From Chiloscyllium plagiosum (Eukaryota), in assembly GCF_004010195.1 (NCBI RefSeq), contig NC_057756.1, positions 6,205,094-6,269,093 on the forward strand: a DNA stretch of 64,000 nt, written 5' to 3'. Position 1 is the first letter of the stretch, and each line of letters opens with the position of its first letter. Of this stretch, positions 38,415 through 50,992 are shown one piece after another. The notes below the pieces were generated by a model. It did no database searches and was not told the DNA's origin. It worked only from the letters and a program-made list of their open reading frames with translations. A program made the translations under genes and the position numbers.

Positions 38415-40250
38415 TGGGATTTATCCTAGGATCCTCTGGGAAGCCAGGGAGGAGATTGCCAAGCCTTTGGCATTGATCTTTAAATCGTCATTGTCTACAG
38501 GAATAGTGCCAGAAGACTGGAGGATAGCAAATGTGATTCCCCTGTTCAAGAAGGGAAGTCAAGACAACCCTGGTAATTATAGACCAGTGAGCCTTACTTC
38601 AGTTGTCAGTAAAGTGTTGGAAAAGGTTATAAGAGATAGGATTTATAATCATCGAGAAAAGAATAAATTGATTAGGGATAGTCAGCATGGTTTTGTGAAG
38701 GGTAGGCGTGGCTCACAAACCTTATTGAGTTATTTGAGAAGGTGACCAAACAGGTAGATGAGAGTAAACCGGTTGATGTGGTGCATATGGATTTCAGCAA
38801 GGCTTTCGATAAGGTTCCCCACAGTAGGCTATTGAACAAAATGCGGAGGAATGGGATTGTGGGAGATGTAACAGTTTTGATCATTAATTGCCTTGCTGAA
38901 AGAAGACAGAGGGTGGTTGATGGGAAATGTTCATTCTGGAGTACAGTTACTAGTGGTGTACCCCAAGGGTCGGTGTTGGGTCCACTGCAGTTGGTCATTT
39001 TTATAAACAACCTGGATGGGGGCGTAGAAGGGGGGGGTTAGTAAATTTGCAGACGACACTAAGGTCGGTGGAGTTGTGGATAGTGACAAAGGATGTTGTA
39101 GGTTGCAGAGAGACATAGATAAGCTTCAGAGCTGGGCTAAGAGGTGGCAAATACAGTTTAATACAGACAAGTGTGAGGTGATTCACTTTGGTCGGAGTAA
39201 CCGCAATGCAAAGTACTTGGCTTATGGTAAGATTCTTGGTAGTGTAGATGACCAGAGAGATTTCGGTATCCATGTACACTGATCCTTGAAAGTTGCCACC
39301 CAGGTTGACAGGGTTGTTAAGAAGGCATACAATGTTTTAGCTTTTATTAATGGAGGGATCGAGTTCTGGAACCACGAGGTTATGCTACAGATGTACAAAA
39401 CTCTGGTGCGGCCGCACTAGGAGTATTGTATACAGTTCTGGTTACAGAAGAAGGATGTTATGGGCGGCACGGTGGCACAGTGGTTAGCACTGCTGCCTCA
39501 CAGCGCCAGAGACCCGGGTTCAATTCCCGCCTCAGGCGACTGACTGTGTGGAGTTTGCACGTTCTCCCCGTGTCTGCGTGGGTTTCCTCCGGGTGCTCTG
39601 GTTTCCTCCCACAGTCACAAAGATGTGCAGGATCAGGTGAATTGGCCATGCTAAATTGCCCATAGTGTTAGGTAAGGGGTAAATGTAGGGGTATGGGTGG
39701 GTTTCGCTTCGGCGGGTCGGTGTGGACTTGTTGGGCCGAAGGGCCTGTTTCCACACTGTAATCTAATCTAATCTAATCTAATCTAAAAGCTTTGGAAAGG
39801 GTGCAGAGGAGATTTACTTGGATGTTGCCTGGTGTGGAGGGGAGGTCTTACGAGGAAAGGCTGATGGACTTGAGGCTGTTTTTGTTGGAGAGAAGAAGAT
39901 TGAGACGTGACTTAATAGAGACATATAAGATAATCAGAGGATTGGATAGGGTAGACAGGGAGAGCCTTTTTCCAAGTATGGTGATGGCAAGCAAAAGGGG
40001 CATAGCTTTAAATTGAGGTGTGATAGATATAGGACAGATGTCAGAGGTAGTTTCTTTACTCAGGAGTAGTAAGTGTATGGAATACTTTGCCTGCAACGGT
40101 AGTAGATTCGCCAACTTTAGGTACATTTAAGTCGTCATTGGACAAGTATATGGATGTACATGGAATAGTGATGGGCTTCAGATTGGTATGACAGGTTGGT
40201 GCAACATCGAGGGCCGAAGGGCCTGTACTGCGCTGTAATGTTCTATATTC
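38415..40250 (+). mobile_element. CR1/HER1 LINE, 5'-truncated, with nested SINE
   Basis: [36 protein letters not shown] motifs and 3' tail. Confidence 0.92.
39462..39786 (+). mobile_element. HE1-type SINE, full length, young
   Basis: gggcggcacggtggcacagtggttagc...gggttcaattcccgcc...(tctaa)n with many CpGs intact. Confidence 0.95.
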
Positions 40251-40259
40251 TTATGACAA

Positions 40260-41003
40260 CACTATTGCTCCTGCAAGTCTTCCCAATCCCCCATCATATT
40301 TATTCCTTTTTGACTATTTGTGGATTTCTCATACATCCTGAATAACATCACCATCCCCTTTTTATTTCTTAGCTCCACCCACAAAGCCTCACTGGATGAT
40401 CTTTGAATTATTTCATCTCTGACTACTGCTGTGATACTCACCTTAATCAAAAATGCAACTCCCCCCTCCCCTCTTTCCACTCCCCTATGTCCTGCCTAAA
40501 GCACCTGTACCCTGGCACATTAAGCTGCCAGTCTGTCCCTCCCTTAGCCATGTTTCCCTTAGCTCCACATATCTATCCACACCCTGTGTTCATCAGCTTT
40601 ACCTGTCAGCTATCTTGCACTGAAATAAATGCAATTTAATCCAGCAGGCATTCATTGCTTCCTGTTGTGTTCTAGCCTGACCTGTCTCTTTAACCGACTG
40701 TTTTTGAGTACTGTATCTCCTTTGAGTCTCACACTTGCATCCTTTCTGTTGAGGATCCCATCCCTCTGCCAATAATGGTTAGCCATGTTTCCCTTAGCTC
40801 CACATATCTATCCACACCCTGTGTTCATCAGCCTTACCTGTCAGCTATCTTGCACTGAAATAAAGCAGGCATTCATTGCTTCCTGTTGAGTTCTAGCCTG
40901 ACCTGTCTCTTTAACCAACTGCTTTTGAGTACTGTATCTCCTTTGAGTCTCACACTTGCATCCTTTCTGTTGAGGATCTCATCCCTCTGCCAATAATGGT
41001 TAG
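40260..41003 (-). mobile_element. CR1 endonuclease/5' fragment containing a tandem duplication of about 230 bp
   Basis: GGVAFLIK...ALWVELRNKKG motif; ttagccatgtttcccttagc...gccaataatgg occurs twice (about 40545-40780 and 40780-41003). Confidence 0.8.
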
Positions 41004-42545
41004 TGTTTATGGTTATCTAAAGCAATCTTGTGCTCTGATTATTGAAGGGAAAGCAGCAAATTAAGCATAGTGAGGTTGGCTTCATTACTAGCGGCACAGA
41101 GCAAAAGAGCAGGGGGATGATTTTGAACTTGTTTGAAGTCATTTGTTGGGAGTCAGCTCAAGTACAGGTACAGTTGTGGGTTACACATTATAGACATTAT
41201 GAATACATTAGAGAGAAATCAGAATTGATATACGTGATTGGTTCCAGATATGAGAAACTTCAGCTATTAAGATAGATTGAAGAAGTTAGGACCATTCGCC
41301 TCGGAGAGAAGAAGGATGAATGAAAGTCTGATTTTGAGGTTTTCAAAATCTTGAGTGAGCTGAATACAGTAGATGGAGAGAAACTGTTTCCATTTATAAA
41401 AGAAACGTGAACATGGGGATGTACATTTATAGTGATGTGGATTTTTTTTATTCATTCACAGAACAATGGTGTCACTGGCTAGGCCAACATTTCCTGCCCT
41501 TCCCAGAGGACAGTTACTGTGGGTCTGGAAACACATGGTAGCAGTTCCCTTCCCTTAAAGAACATTAGTAAACCAGGTGGGTTTTTCCGACAATGATTTC
41601 ATGGTCATCATCCCTCAATTCCAGATTTTTATTGAATTCAAGTTCCACCATTTGGTGGGATTCAAGCCTAGAACATTCCCCAAGTCTCTGGATTAACAGT
41701 CCAGCAATAATCCCATCAGGCCATCACTTCCCCATGAAATGAAGCAAGGGTGATGTGAGAGAAAACTTTTTTCACTCAGTGATAACTAGGGTGCAAGTGG
41801 ACTGACTGAAAATGTGGTAGGGACAGGCTACATTGAGGCATTCAAGAGGGCATTGGGATTTTAGTTTTGGATGGTATTTGTGAGCAAATACATGGAAAAA
41901 GGCACTAAGTAATAAAAAAGGATGACATTATAGATCCAGTGCGAGCACGATGGGCCCAAAGACCTCTTTCTGCACTGTCATTTTTCCCATGATTCCTTGG
42001 TCCCTTCCCCATTTCCTGCTAAAAGCAATGCTGCTTTCTTTGTTGATATCTGCTGCGAATTCATGGTCATAATCTCAGTGCACAAACAAATTCTGCCATT
42101 GACAATGTGCGAGATATGCTTGAGGGTTGAAAGTTAATTTGTTCAAATATTACCATTGCAAAGTAATGCCCAAACATCTCTGGCAGTATTGGCCTAATAG
42201 TTACCAACACTTGGATACACAACTTTACAGACAGACCAGCACAATGAGTGGATTAATATTAACTTAAGGCAGATGCATGTCTCATAATCATTGCCGAGTG
42301 CCTCAACAGTGGTGTCTTAGGCCAAACTAGCTTCAGTTCCTGAAATGATACTCTTCCATGCAACATCATGACAGAAGTCGGGTGTTCAGTCGTGTTTACA
42401 ACATATTTAGCACCACTCATTTGATATGCAGCAATCAGCATCACTGTAAATCGGACTCAGCAGACTGTACAAAAAGAAGTATTACTGCAATCAGTCTGGG
42501 TGGACCTTGGTATGGGTCAGTGTGTGAGCAGAGTAGTGAACCTGG

Positions 42546-43183
42546 TCGAGAGCATTTTGCTGGATAGTACAGCAGGTCAGGCAGCATGCGATGAGCAGGA
42601 GAATTGACATTTCGGGCATAATCTCTTCATCAGGAATGAGGCTTGTGGGCTGGGGCTGAGAGATAAATGAGAGGAGGGTGGGGTGGGCAGCTGAGAAAGG
42701 AAAGATGGATGAAGGTGACAGAGAAGGTGATAGATCAGAGGGGGGAGTGATGGACAGGTCTGGAGGGCAGTGCCAAGTTGGAGGCTTTGGCTGGGATNNN
42801 NNNNNNNNNNNNNNNNNNGGGGGGAGTGATGGACAGGTCTGGAGGGCAGTGCCAAGTTGGAGGCTTTGGACTGGGATAATGTGGGGGGAGGGAAAATGAG
42901 GAAGCTGTTGAAATCCACATTTATCCTGTGTGGTTGCAGGATCCCAATATGAGACGGTTCTTCCTCCAGGCGTCAGGTGATAATGGTTTGGTGGTGGAGG
43001 AGGCCCAGGACCTGCATGTCCTTGACGGAGTGGGAGGGGGAGTTGAAGTGTTCAGCCACGAGAAGGGCTTATGCCCAAAACATTGATTCTCCTGTTCCTT
43101 GGATGCTGCCTCACCTGCTGTGCTTTCCCAGCAACACACTCTCAACTCTGATCTCCAGCATCTGCAGTCCTCACTTTCTCCTG
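42546..43183 (-). mobile_element. Penelope-like 3' fragment with inverted terminal repeat
   Basis: Same GIY-YIG tail (AEHFNSPSH) and terminal repeat as 450-1395. Confidence 0.78.
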
Positions 43184-43699
43184 GAGTGGTAAACTTGATA
43201 AGCAGCTGCTGGAGAGGACAGCAGTGATTAGTGACAGGTCAGCATTTCCATTACTTTCTCTGATAATTAAACTGCTGCAATTCATTAGTTCATTCAGTTG
43301 GCTCGATGGCTGATTTTCCAACAGGGAGTGGGTTCAATACCCACACTACTTGAATGTACCATGAAGGACTCTACTTCTCATCCGTCCACTCCCCTGGAAC
43401 TATGGTGACCTGTAAGCTAAATTAACATCATTCAGTTTCCTTCGAATGAATGATCAGCTCTATGTCCTGGTGAGACTGCAGTGATGGTAGTGGGAATGTT
43501 TGGAGTCAGGAACAATGTACTTTGTATCCATTAAATGAAGTAATTAATCTAAGGGAAGTCATAGAAGATAAGCTTGAACCAGTGATATGTTCGTCCTGTT
43601 CTACCCGGGAAATCATGGACACTTCAAATGTCCCTGGTGCCCAAGAAGGCTTCAAAGCATGACAGACATGTGGAATTTTTTGAAAAAGCACATGGCCGG

Positions 43700-44450
43700 T
43701 GCATTATAAACATGAATAAATGTGAAGCTTTATTGTATTGTGTGAAGATCAGGAAGTCAGAGTATTATCTAAATGTTTGCAAAAAGATTAAGATCTGGGT
43801 ACCTTGGTCCACCAGTCAGTTCAATGTAAACGGACAGACACAGAAGGCAACTGGCATATTGGCCTTTATTGCAAGAGGATTTGAGTTTAGAAATAGGGAT
43901 GTCTTACTGCAGCAATACAGGGTCTTGGTAAAACCAGAATTGGAGAATTGTGTACAGTTTTGTTCTGCTACCTGAGATCTGAAACCTGTGATCAAGGCAG
44001 TGTAGCGAGGTTTTACTCGACTGATACTGGGGAGGCTAAGACTGCTGTATGAGAGATTCATTTGACTGGGCCAGTATTCAGTATATTTTGAATGAATAAG
44101 AAGGTATCTGAAATTCTAATCGGGCTGTACAGGATAGGTGCAGGGAGGAGGTTTCCCTCATTTAGGAGCTTGGAATCAATGGGCCAGAAATTTAGGATTG
44201 CGATGAAGAAACAATTCTTCGTGCAGAGGATGGTCAAAGCTATGGAATTCACTACCAGAGTGAACATTGGATAACTGAGTATATTCAAGAAAGAGACTGA
44301 AAGAGAGTGTTTAAAGGCCTCACAGGGTATAGACGGAAAGTAGGAAGAAGGTTTTGAGATGCAGGGTCAGCCACATACGTATTGAATTAGAGAGTAGGTT
44401 CGAAGATAAAAATTGCTAACTCCTAATTCTGCCTTATTTTGTATTTCTAT
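43700..44450 (+). mobile_element. Old CR1 3' fragment
   Basis: LAFIARGFEFRNRDVLLQQYRVLVKPELENCVQF. Confidence 0.75.
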
Positions 44451-45156
44451 GTTATTAGGAAAACTTAGATTAACTGAAGAACTGGGCTGGTCTGGTAACC
44501 TGAATGATTTTCAACTATTGGAAATCAGTCCCTCTACTTGGAAGCTAAAGAAACTTTGCGAATTGCTGCCCGACTTCAGTTCCTTTAACTTCACACAAAA
44601 TGAGTATTGAAGTTTTGAACATTTTGTTTATCAAATTAAAAGTTAAACTGAATGGCCTCTTGCTTCTGTTCCAGGCTTGAAATTGCTGGTACCCTTTGAT
44701 GAACAAGTTGTGCTCCCTTGTCTCAGAATAAAATTACTGTCTCAAACGACAGGATCCAATAACTCTTGAACTGTTAAATATAATTTGGTATTTGTTGGAG
44801 CTCTCTCTTGCCACTTTAGCTGCCATGTTTCTTGTGTCACACTTTCAGCACTGCCATGTATATTCATGATCAGTGAAGTTACCTTGACACCTTATTTAGG
44901 TGGGAAATATATCAGGTCAGATCATTCTGTTCCTCAGAACATTGGGCGATCTATCATGTTAAATCATCAGCGTCTGCATTGACTGGAACAGGAGAATGAA
45001 TTGCTACTAGTTTATACACTTGAAATGGAAAGAAATAGAATTGGTCTTGAAACAGTCACAGTTAGGCTGTCATATTCAGCTTCTTGTTTTAATCTTTCTT
45101 TGATGCCATCCTTGAATTAAGTGTTCATCATTTACTTTCTCAATTATTGATTGCAG

Positions 45157-45296
45157 CCTGGGGTGACTGGTGCAACTGGTCCACCACAATCTGTTGGCGG
45201 GGATCCTGTGAATCAAACGAGATAGTTTTCTATCTCCCCTGCCCGCAAAGGTTCATGTGTTGCAGACTGTTAGAGTGGAAGGTTCTCCGTCGATAA
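45157..45296 (+). CDS. Terminal exon encoding a beta-defensin-like peptide: xWGDWCNWSTTICWRGSCESNEIVFYLPCPQRFMCCRLLEWKVLRR*
   Basis: Acceptor tttactttctcaattattgattgcag|, phase-1 reading, Cys spacing C-x6-C-x4-C-x10-C-x5-CC, stop TAA at 45294-45296, AATAAA about 120 nt downstream. There is no in-frame ATG between the upstream stop (45090-45092) and the acceptor, so it must be spliced. Confidence 0.8.
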
Positions 45297-45417
45297 GAAC
45301 TGCCAGATTCTCTCATTTCACCCTGATTACAAAAAACAATTCCTCAAATTTGATTCTTGAGGTTCTTGATCACACATTTCTAAATTGCTGCTTTCCATGT
45401 GATATTCTGAATTCAGA

Positions 45418-45423
45418 AATAAA
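45418..45423 (+). terminator. Polyadenylation signal of the defensin-like terminal exon
   Basis: AATAAA followed by T/GT-rich sequence (ttctttgtatcagtgttgtatttct). A second AATAAA lies at 45545-45550. Confidence 0.55.
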
Positions 45424-45966
45424 AATTGATTCTTTGTATCAGTGTTGTATTTCTCAATAAGATCTGTGGGTCCATAGAATCTATTCTGCAGTTGAAATGA
45501 GCCTGGAATACAATGCCATAAATGATGTGAAGAGTCCTCAGTAAAATAAAAATGTGAATGATCCACTCATTAACAGACTATCATAAAAGCAGATAGCCAA
45601 GTGCCTGCCTTGCAACTGAACTGCATGAGCTATATAAATACTGTAGCGAAAGGAGCAAGCTGGAGGTGAAGAATCGTCCAGCAGGTAACTCACCTCCTGA
45701 CTCCCCAAAGCCTGTCCAACAGCTTCTAGGTACAAGGTAGGAGTGTGATGGTTTACTCCCCATTTAACTGGACGAATGCAACTCCAACAACACTCAGGAG
45801 GCTTGACGCCATCTCGGAGAAAGGAACCAGCAACTCCCTCCAATGATGGGAAGTTGTATATATGTATAAACTACAAGACAATTGCAGAAATTTCCCAAGA
45901 CAGATTAATTAGCAACTGCTAATCCCACAACTACTACCATTGAGGACAAGGGTAGCAGATACACAA

Positions 45967-46287
45967 GGAGGTGACCCAGTGGCTCAGTGGTTAGCACTGC
46001 TGCCGCACAGCATCAGGTCTCAGGTTTAATTCCAGCCTCAAGTGACTGTCTGTGTGGAGTTTGCACATTCTCCCCGTGTCTGCGTGGGTTTCCTCCGGGT
46101 GCTCCGGTTTCCTCCCACAGTCCAAAGATGTGCAGGCCAAGTGAATTGGCAATGTTAAATTGCCTGTAGTGTTAGGTGCATTAGTCAGAGGGAAATGAGT
46201 CTAGGTGGGTTACTCTTCAGAGGGTCAGTGTGGACTGGTTGGGCCGAAGGGCCTGTTTCCACTCTGTAGGTAATCTAATCTAATCTA
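45967..46287 (+). mobile_element. HE1-type SINE
   Basis: SINE body and (tctaa)n tail, inserted in an older LINE remnant at about 45640-46360. Confidence 0.9.
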
Positions 46288-46869
46288 AAACCATGACCAA
46301 AAACTTCTATCCCAAGTCACTTACCATCCTTACTTGGAAATATATCTCTGTTTCTTCAAGTCATGGGAAATTCGGGATGAGAATTTTTAAAAAAATATTC
46401 TCAGTGTTATACATAAAGCATATAAATGTTTGGAAAAGCAGAACAGGATGGTCACTTTTTTCTTAATTTAATTTAGGGGACATATAACCTTTGGTAGCAG
46501 TATCTTCATTGATCATTTCTGCTGTCCTTCACAAGGGGACAGTGAGCTTCCTTCATGAGCCAATGCAGTGGTTGTCTTGTAGATACACTCTAAATATCAT
46601 TGGGTGGGGAATTCTAACATTTCAATGTAAGGTGACAGAAGGGAAATATATTTCCATGTCAGGGTAGTCAGTGGATAGGAAGGGATCTAGGCAATGTTCT
46701 GATGCTTTTGCTGCACTAGTCCTTCTCGATGGATGTGCTCATGGGTTTAGAAGGTGGTGTCTCAAGAATTTTGGTGAATTTCTGTAGTTAATTTGGAAAA
46801 TGGTACTTGCTGCTAATGCTGAACATAATGGTGAAGAGAAGTGATGTTTTTGGATTTGCCAATCAAAAT

Positions 46870-47350
46870 GGCTGGAAAGAGTGCAGAAAAAATTTACAAG
46901 GATGTTGCCTGGACCCAACAGTCAGTGTTATGGGGAAAGATTTGACAAGATAGGTCTTTTTTCTTTACAGGGTAGGTGACTGAGGGAGGAAGGTGTATAG
47001 TGGTGTATAAAATCAAGAAAGGCCTGGATAGGGTGAATACACTCTATTTCCCATGGTTGGGAATCCGAGGATGAGAGGGCAACCGTTTAAGTTAAAGGAG
47101 AAAGAATAAAAGGGGACCCGAGGGGCAAATTCTTTTACACAAAGAGTATTATGCATATGGAATGAGTTGCCAGTGGAACTGGTTGCCACCAGTTCATTAA
47201 CAACATTTAAAAGGCATTTGGACAAATACATAGAAAGGAAAAGATGAGAAGGATATGGGCAAAGGAGGTTAGTGTGGATGGACATTTTGGTTAGCCGGAA
47301 CCAGTTTGGTTGAAAGGGCCTGTCTCCGTGCTGTAGACTCTACGACTCAA
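46870..47350 (+). mobile_element. CR1 3' fragment nested in an older antisense LINE
   Basis: LERVQKKFTRMLPG...FFTQRV motifs and tail. Confidence 0.8.
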
Positions 47351-48224
47351 TGGGTGCTTTATCCTCAAATGGAATCAAGCTCCTGGTTTTGGAGCTACAC
47401 TCATGTGGGCAAGTATGGAGTATTCCATAACATTCCTTACTTGTGCCTTTGGATATAGTTTGAGGAGTCAGGAGGTGAGCAACTGTGGCAGGATTCTAAG
47501 TAGTCATTACATTGGATGTGGTTATTTTATTTCAGGTGCTGGTGAACATAAAGCTTAGTATGTTGATAGTGGGGAATTTGGTGTTTGTGATGTCAAGGGA
47601 CAATGCTTAGATAGCATCTTATTGGAATTAGTCAATTTCAACCCAAACCTGGATATTGTCCAGGACTCACTGCAATTGGATTTGGATTGCTTCATTACCT
47701 GACGAGGCATGAATGATGATCAATATTGTGCAGTCATCAGCAAACATCCAAGTTCTCATTTTCAGATGGAGGGGAGGTTAGTAATGTAGCAATTGAAGAT
47801 GATTAGGTCTTGGACATAGGAACTCCTGAAGAGATATCCTCAGGCAGAGATGACACAGCTCCAACAATGACAGACAACTTTCTTTGTGCCAGGTATGACT
47901 CAATTGAGCAGAGAGTATTGAAGTTGAAGCCATGTACTGTAACTTTAAAAGAGAGAGAATGCTGAACTGAACAAGCACCTGTGTATATGATGAGATGGCA
48001 GTCCAGAAGTGTACTGGAAAATTGAAAATAGATAATACTTGGCTTTGAAATGGATTCCTGAGTTTTGCTTGCTGTTTTGACAACAATTCAAATTTAAATT
48101 ATGTCCAGGATACTAAAACCCAACCAAGATTTGGCAACAACAAACCAATGAGATGGTCCGATGTTGAGGGGGGATATAAAATGTGGATCATTTGAAAATT
48201 GGTCAGAAGGAGCAATTGCCATCA

Positions 48225-48760
48225 AAGAAAGAACAAAGATCAAAGAACCTTATGGCACAGGAACAGGCCCTTCAACCCTCCAAGCCTGCACCAATCCAGA
48301 TCCTCCATGTAAACCTGCCACCTATTTTCTAAGGATCTGTATCCCTCTATTCCCTGACCATTCATGTATCTGTCTATACACATCTTAAATGATGCTATCG
48401 TGCCTGCCTCTAGCACCTCCACTGGCAACGCATTCTAGGCACCCACCACCCTCTGCACAAAGAACTTTCCACGCATATCTTCCTTACACTTTTCCACTCT
48501 CACCTTGAACTTGTGACCCTTAGGAATTGAGTCCCCCACTCTGGGAAAAAGCTTCATACTATCCACCCTGTCTATACCTCTCATGATTATGTAGACTTCA
48601 ATCAGGACCCCCCTCAACCTCCATCTTTTGAATGAAAATAATCCTAATCTCCTCAACCTCCCTTCACTGTCCACACCGACAATATCCTGGTGAACCTCCT
48701 CTGCACACTCTCAAAAGCATCCACATCCGTTTGGTAATGTGGCAACCTGAACTATAAGAT
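48225..48760 (-). mobile_element. CR1 3' fragment inside the 5' LTR of Gypsy C
   Basis: RLRRLGLFS...GKFFVQRVVGA; absent from the 3' LTR. Confidence 0.88.
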
Positions 48761-49334
48761 GAGACTGGAGAGCTAACATCTGGCTCTCCAAGAAATGTGG
48801 AAACACTCTCTGTTAAAGGTGCCTTTTCACACGCAACATACTCATTGTGAAAAGAAAGGCGATGACCCAGGGAGATCCTCAGCCAGAAGAAGATAGATGC
48901 AGAAGATGACAGCCGCTGTGTAGCTTTGAAATTAAGTTGATGCAATTTTAATAAGTGTCTTATTGGAACAGTAATCGTTACAGAGTTGGAGGCAAGTAAT
49001 AAGCAGTTTTGAGAAAGGGGGCTTAGAATTGTGAATAGTTGTTATTTAATGTTCACTTTTCGAGTAAAAAAAAACTGATATTATTTTCTTTAAATAAGGA
49101 AATCTGGGAACGCTCTGTCACTCATATTTTCACAGATTGTGAGGTGAGGTGAGCTTTTCTGGATATTGGGTTTAAGCAACAGTGGAGTTCAACTTCCATN
49201 NNNNNNNNNNNNNNNNNNNNNNNNNNNNNNNNNNNNNNNNNNNNNNNNNNNNNNNNNNNNNNNNNNNNNNNNNNNNNNNNNNNNNNNNNNNNNNNNNNNN
49301 NNNNNNNNNNNNNNNNNNNNNNNNNNNNNNNNNN

Positions 49335-49494
49335 CTTTGGACTGTGGGAGGAAACCGGAGCACCCGGAGGAAACCCACGCAGACACGGGGAGAACGTGCA
49401 AACTCCACACAGTCAGTCGCCTGAGGTGGGAATTGAACCCGGGTCTCTGGCGCTGTGAGGCAGCAGTGCTAACCACTGTGTCACCATGCCGCCC
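49335..49494 (-). mobile_element. HE1-type SINE (runs into gap)
   Basis: Near identity to 39462-39625. Confidence 0.9.
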
Positions 49495-50992
49495 ACGGTG
49501 TACAAGAGGTCCCAGCTGATTTAAACACTTGCTGATCAGTGTCCCAGGTCTTTAAATAAAAAGTAAATGGGGCAATTTGATTAATTTCAGTTACTTGTGG
49601 TTGGTTGAATTAAAAGTGAGGGGAATGGCTCTTAACATTGCTAAACAGTTCTAGGGCTTGAAGATGCTTCCCAATTTTGCCAAGAAATTTTAGAAAGACA
49701 GAGGAAGGGCATACTTTTAGAATTAGCAAATAGGTTGAAATTGGATTTAACCAGGGACAAAAGGAAGGCTGAAATTATAATGGGTTGGTCAAGCACTTAG
49801 GTATATCAGAAAACAAACAAGTGTAGTAGTTAGAAAAACTTAAATTGCAATTTAGGCAAATAGAGCTAGTAGATAAAGAAAGGGAAATAAGAGCCATGTT
49901 CGAGGAGTTGAAAGAGAGAGAGAAAATAAAGAGAGGGTTAGAAAAAAAGGGAGAGAAGATGCTTAGCTGAGCAAAAAGAACGAGAGAGGGAGAATCTGAA
50001 CTTCAGAAATGGCAAATTAGTCAGGAAAGTCGTGTTAACAGGATGGAGATTAAGACAGAGGGTAGTGATGTATACAAATATATAAAAACATTGTTGCATT
50101 TTGATGAGTAAGATATCAAAGCCTTCTTTATTTCATTTGAAAGATTTGCTAGGCAAATTGAGTGGCCAGAAGCTAGTTCAGATTAAGTTGGCAGGCAGAG
50201 CTAGTGAGATATTAGCAGTGCTGTTCAGATGAGGAGTGAAGGGGTATGCAGATGTCAAAAAGGCTATTTTGAGCGCTTATGAATTAGTACCAGAAGCATA
50301 TAAACAGAGGGTCAGAAACAAAAAAGAACCAGGTCAGACTTAGGCTGACTTCGAAAGAATTAAGCATAGTAATTTTGACAGTTGGATGTGGGCCTTAAAA
50401 ATAGATAAAACCGATAAGGCTCTAAGAGAGATTATTCTGCTGAAGGATTTTAAAAACTCACTTCGAGAGATAAGAATTCATGTGGATAAACAGAAAATTC
50501 AAGAAGTGAGAAGTGCAGCAGAGATGGCAGATGATTGTGCATTGGTGCATAGAATGAAATTTAGATTCCAACAGGAATTTCATCCTGTGAAGGATAGAAA
50601 TTGTGAGAAGGGGAGATTTTTCACTACAAAACAAAAGGTCAAGCACACTTGAAATGGCTTACCACAAGTGAAAAAGGAAACCCAGATAGGTGAAAGTGAA
50701 CAGCCTCAGGTGCTTTCACTGTAATGGAATCGGACACAGAAAATTACAGTGCCAGTGGTTAAAGAAGGACACTGGGAAAAGAAGAGTGCAGGGGAATTGA
50801 GTTAGCGCCTGATCTCGATAAAGACTTCACCACTGTGTGTAAAGGAAGAACGGAGGGGAGGGGAAGGGAAAGAAGTTACAATTTTGAGAGATCCGGGAGG
50901 TAATAGCAGGAGATGCACTTTGTTACCCGAGAGTGGAAATTTGTGGAACAGATGGACAGAAATTTAAAGATCCCCTGTGTAAAATCAGGTTG

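Noticed and set aside
39462..39540. tRNA-like A/B box sequences
   Set aside because: These are the tRNA-derived heads of SINEs, not tRNA genes.
41989..42065. Signal-peptide-like stretch MIPWSLPHFLLKAMLLSLLISAANSW as a possible defensin leader exon, optionally via a 14-nt microexon at 44675-44688
   Set aside because: The donor (TG|gtcata) is weak and phase 2, incompatible with the phase-1 defensin exon unless a microexon with another weak donor (gtaccc) is invoked. It also starts at the end of a CR1 tail. Worth a look in RNA-seq but not supportable here.
44750..44870. Hydrophobic stretch LLNIIWYLLELSLATLAAMFLVS as a possible transmembrane exon
   Set aside because: No convincing polypyrimidine acceptor, contains an internal Glu, and has no basic stop-transfer residues or following donor.
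45157..45225. Alternative phase-0 frame PGVTGATGPPQSVGGDPVNQTR* resembling collagen
   Set aside because: Only three G-x-y triplets; the six-Cys frame is a far more specific pattern.
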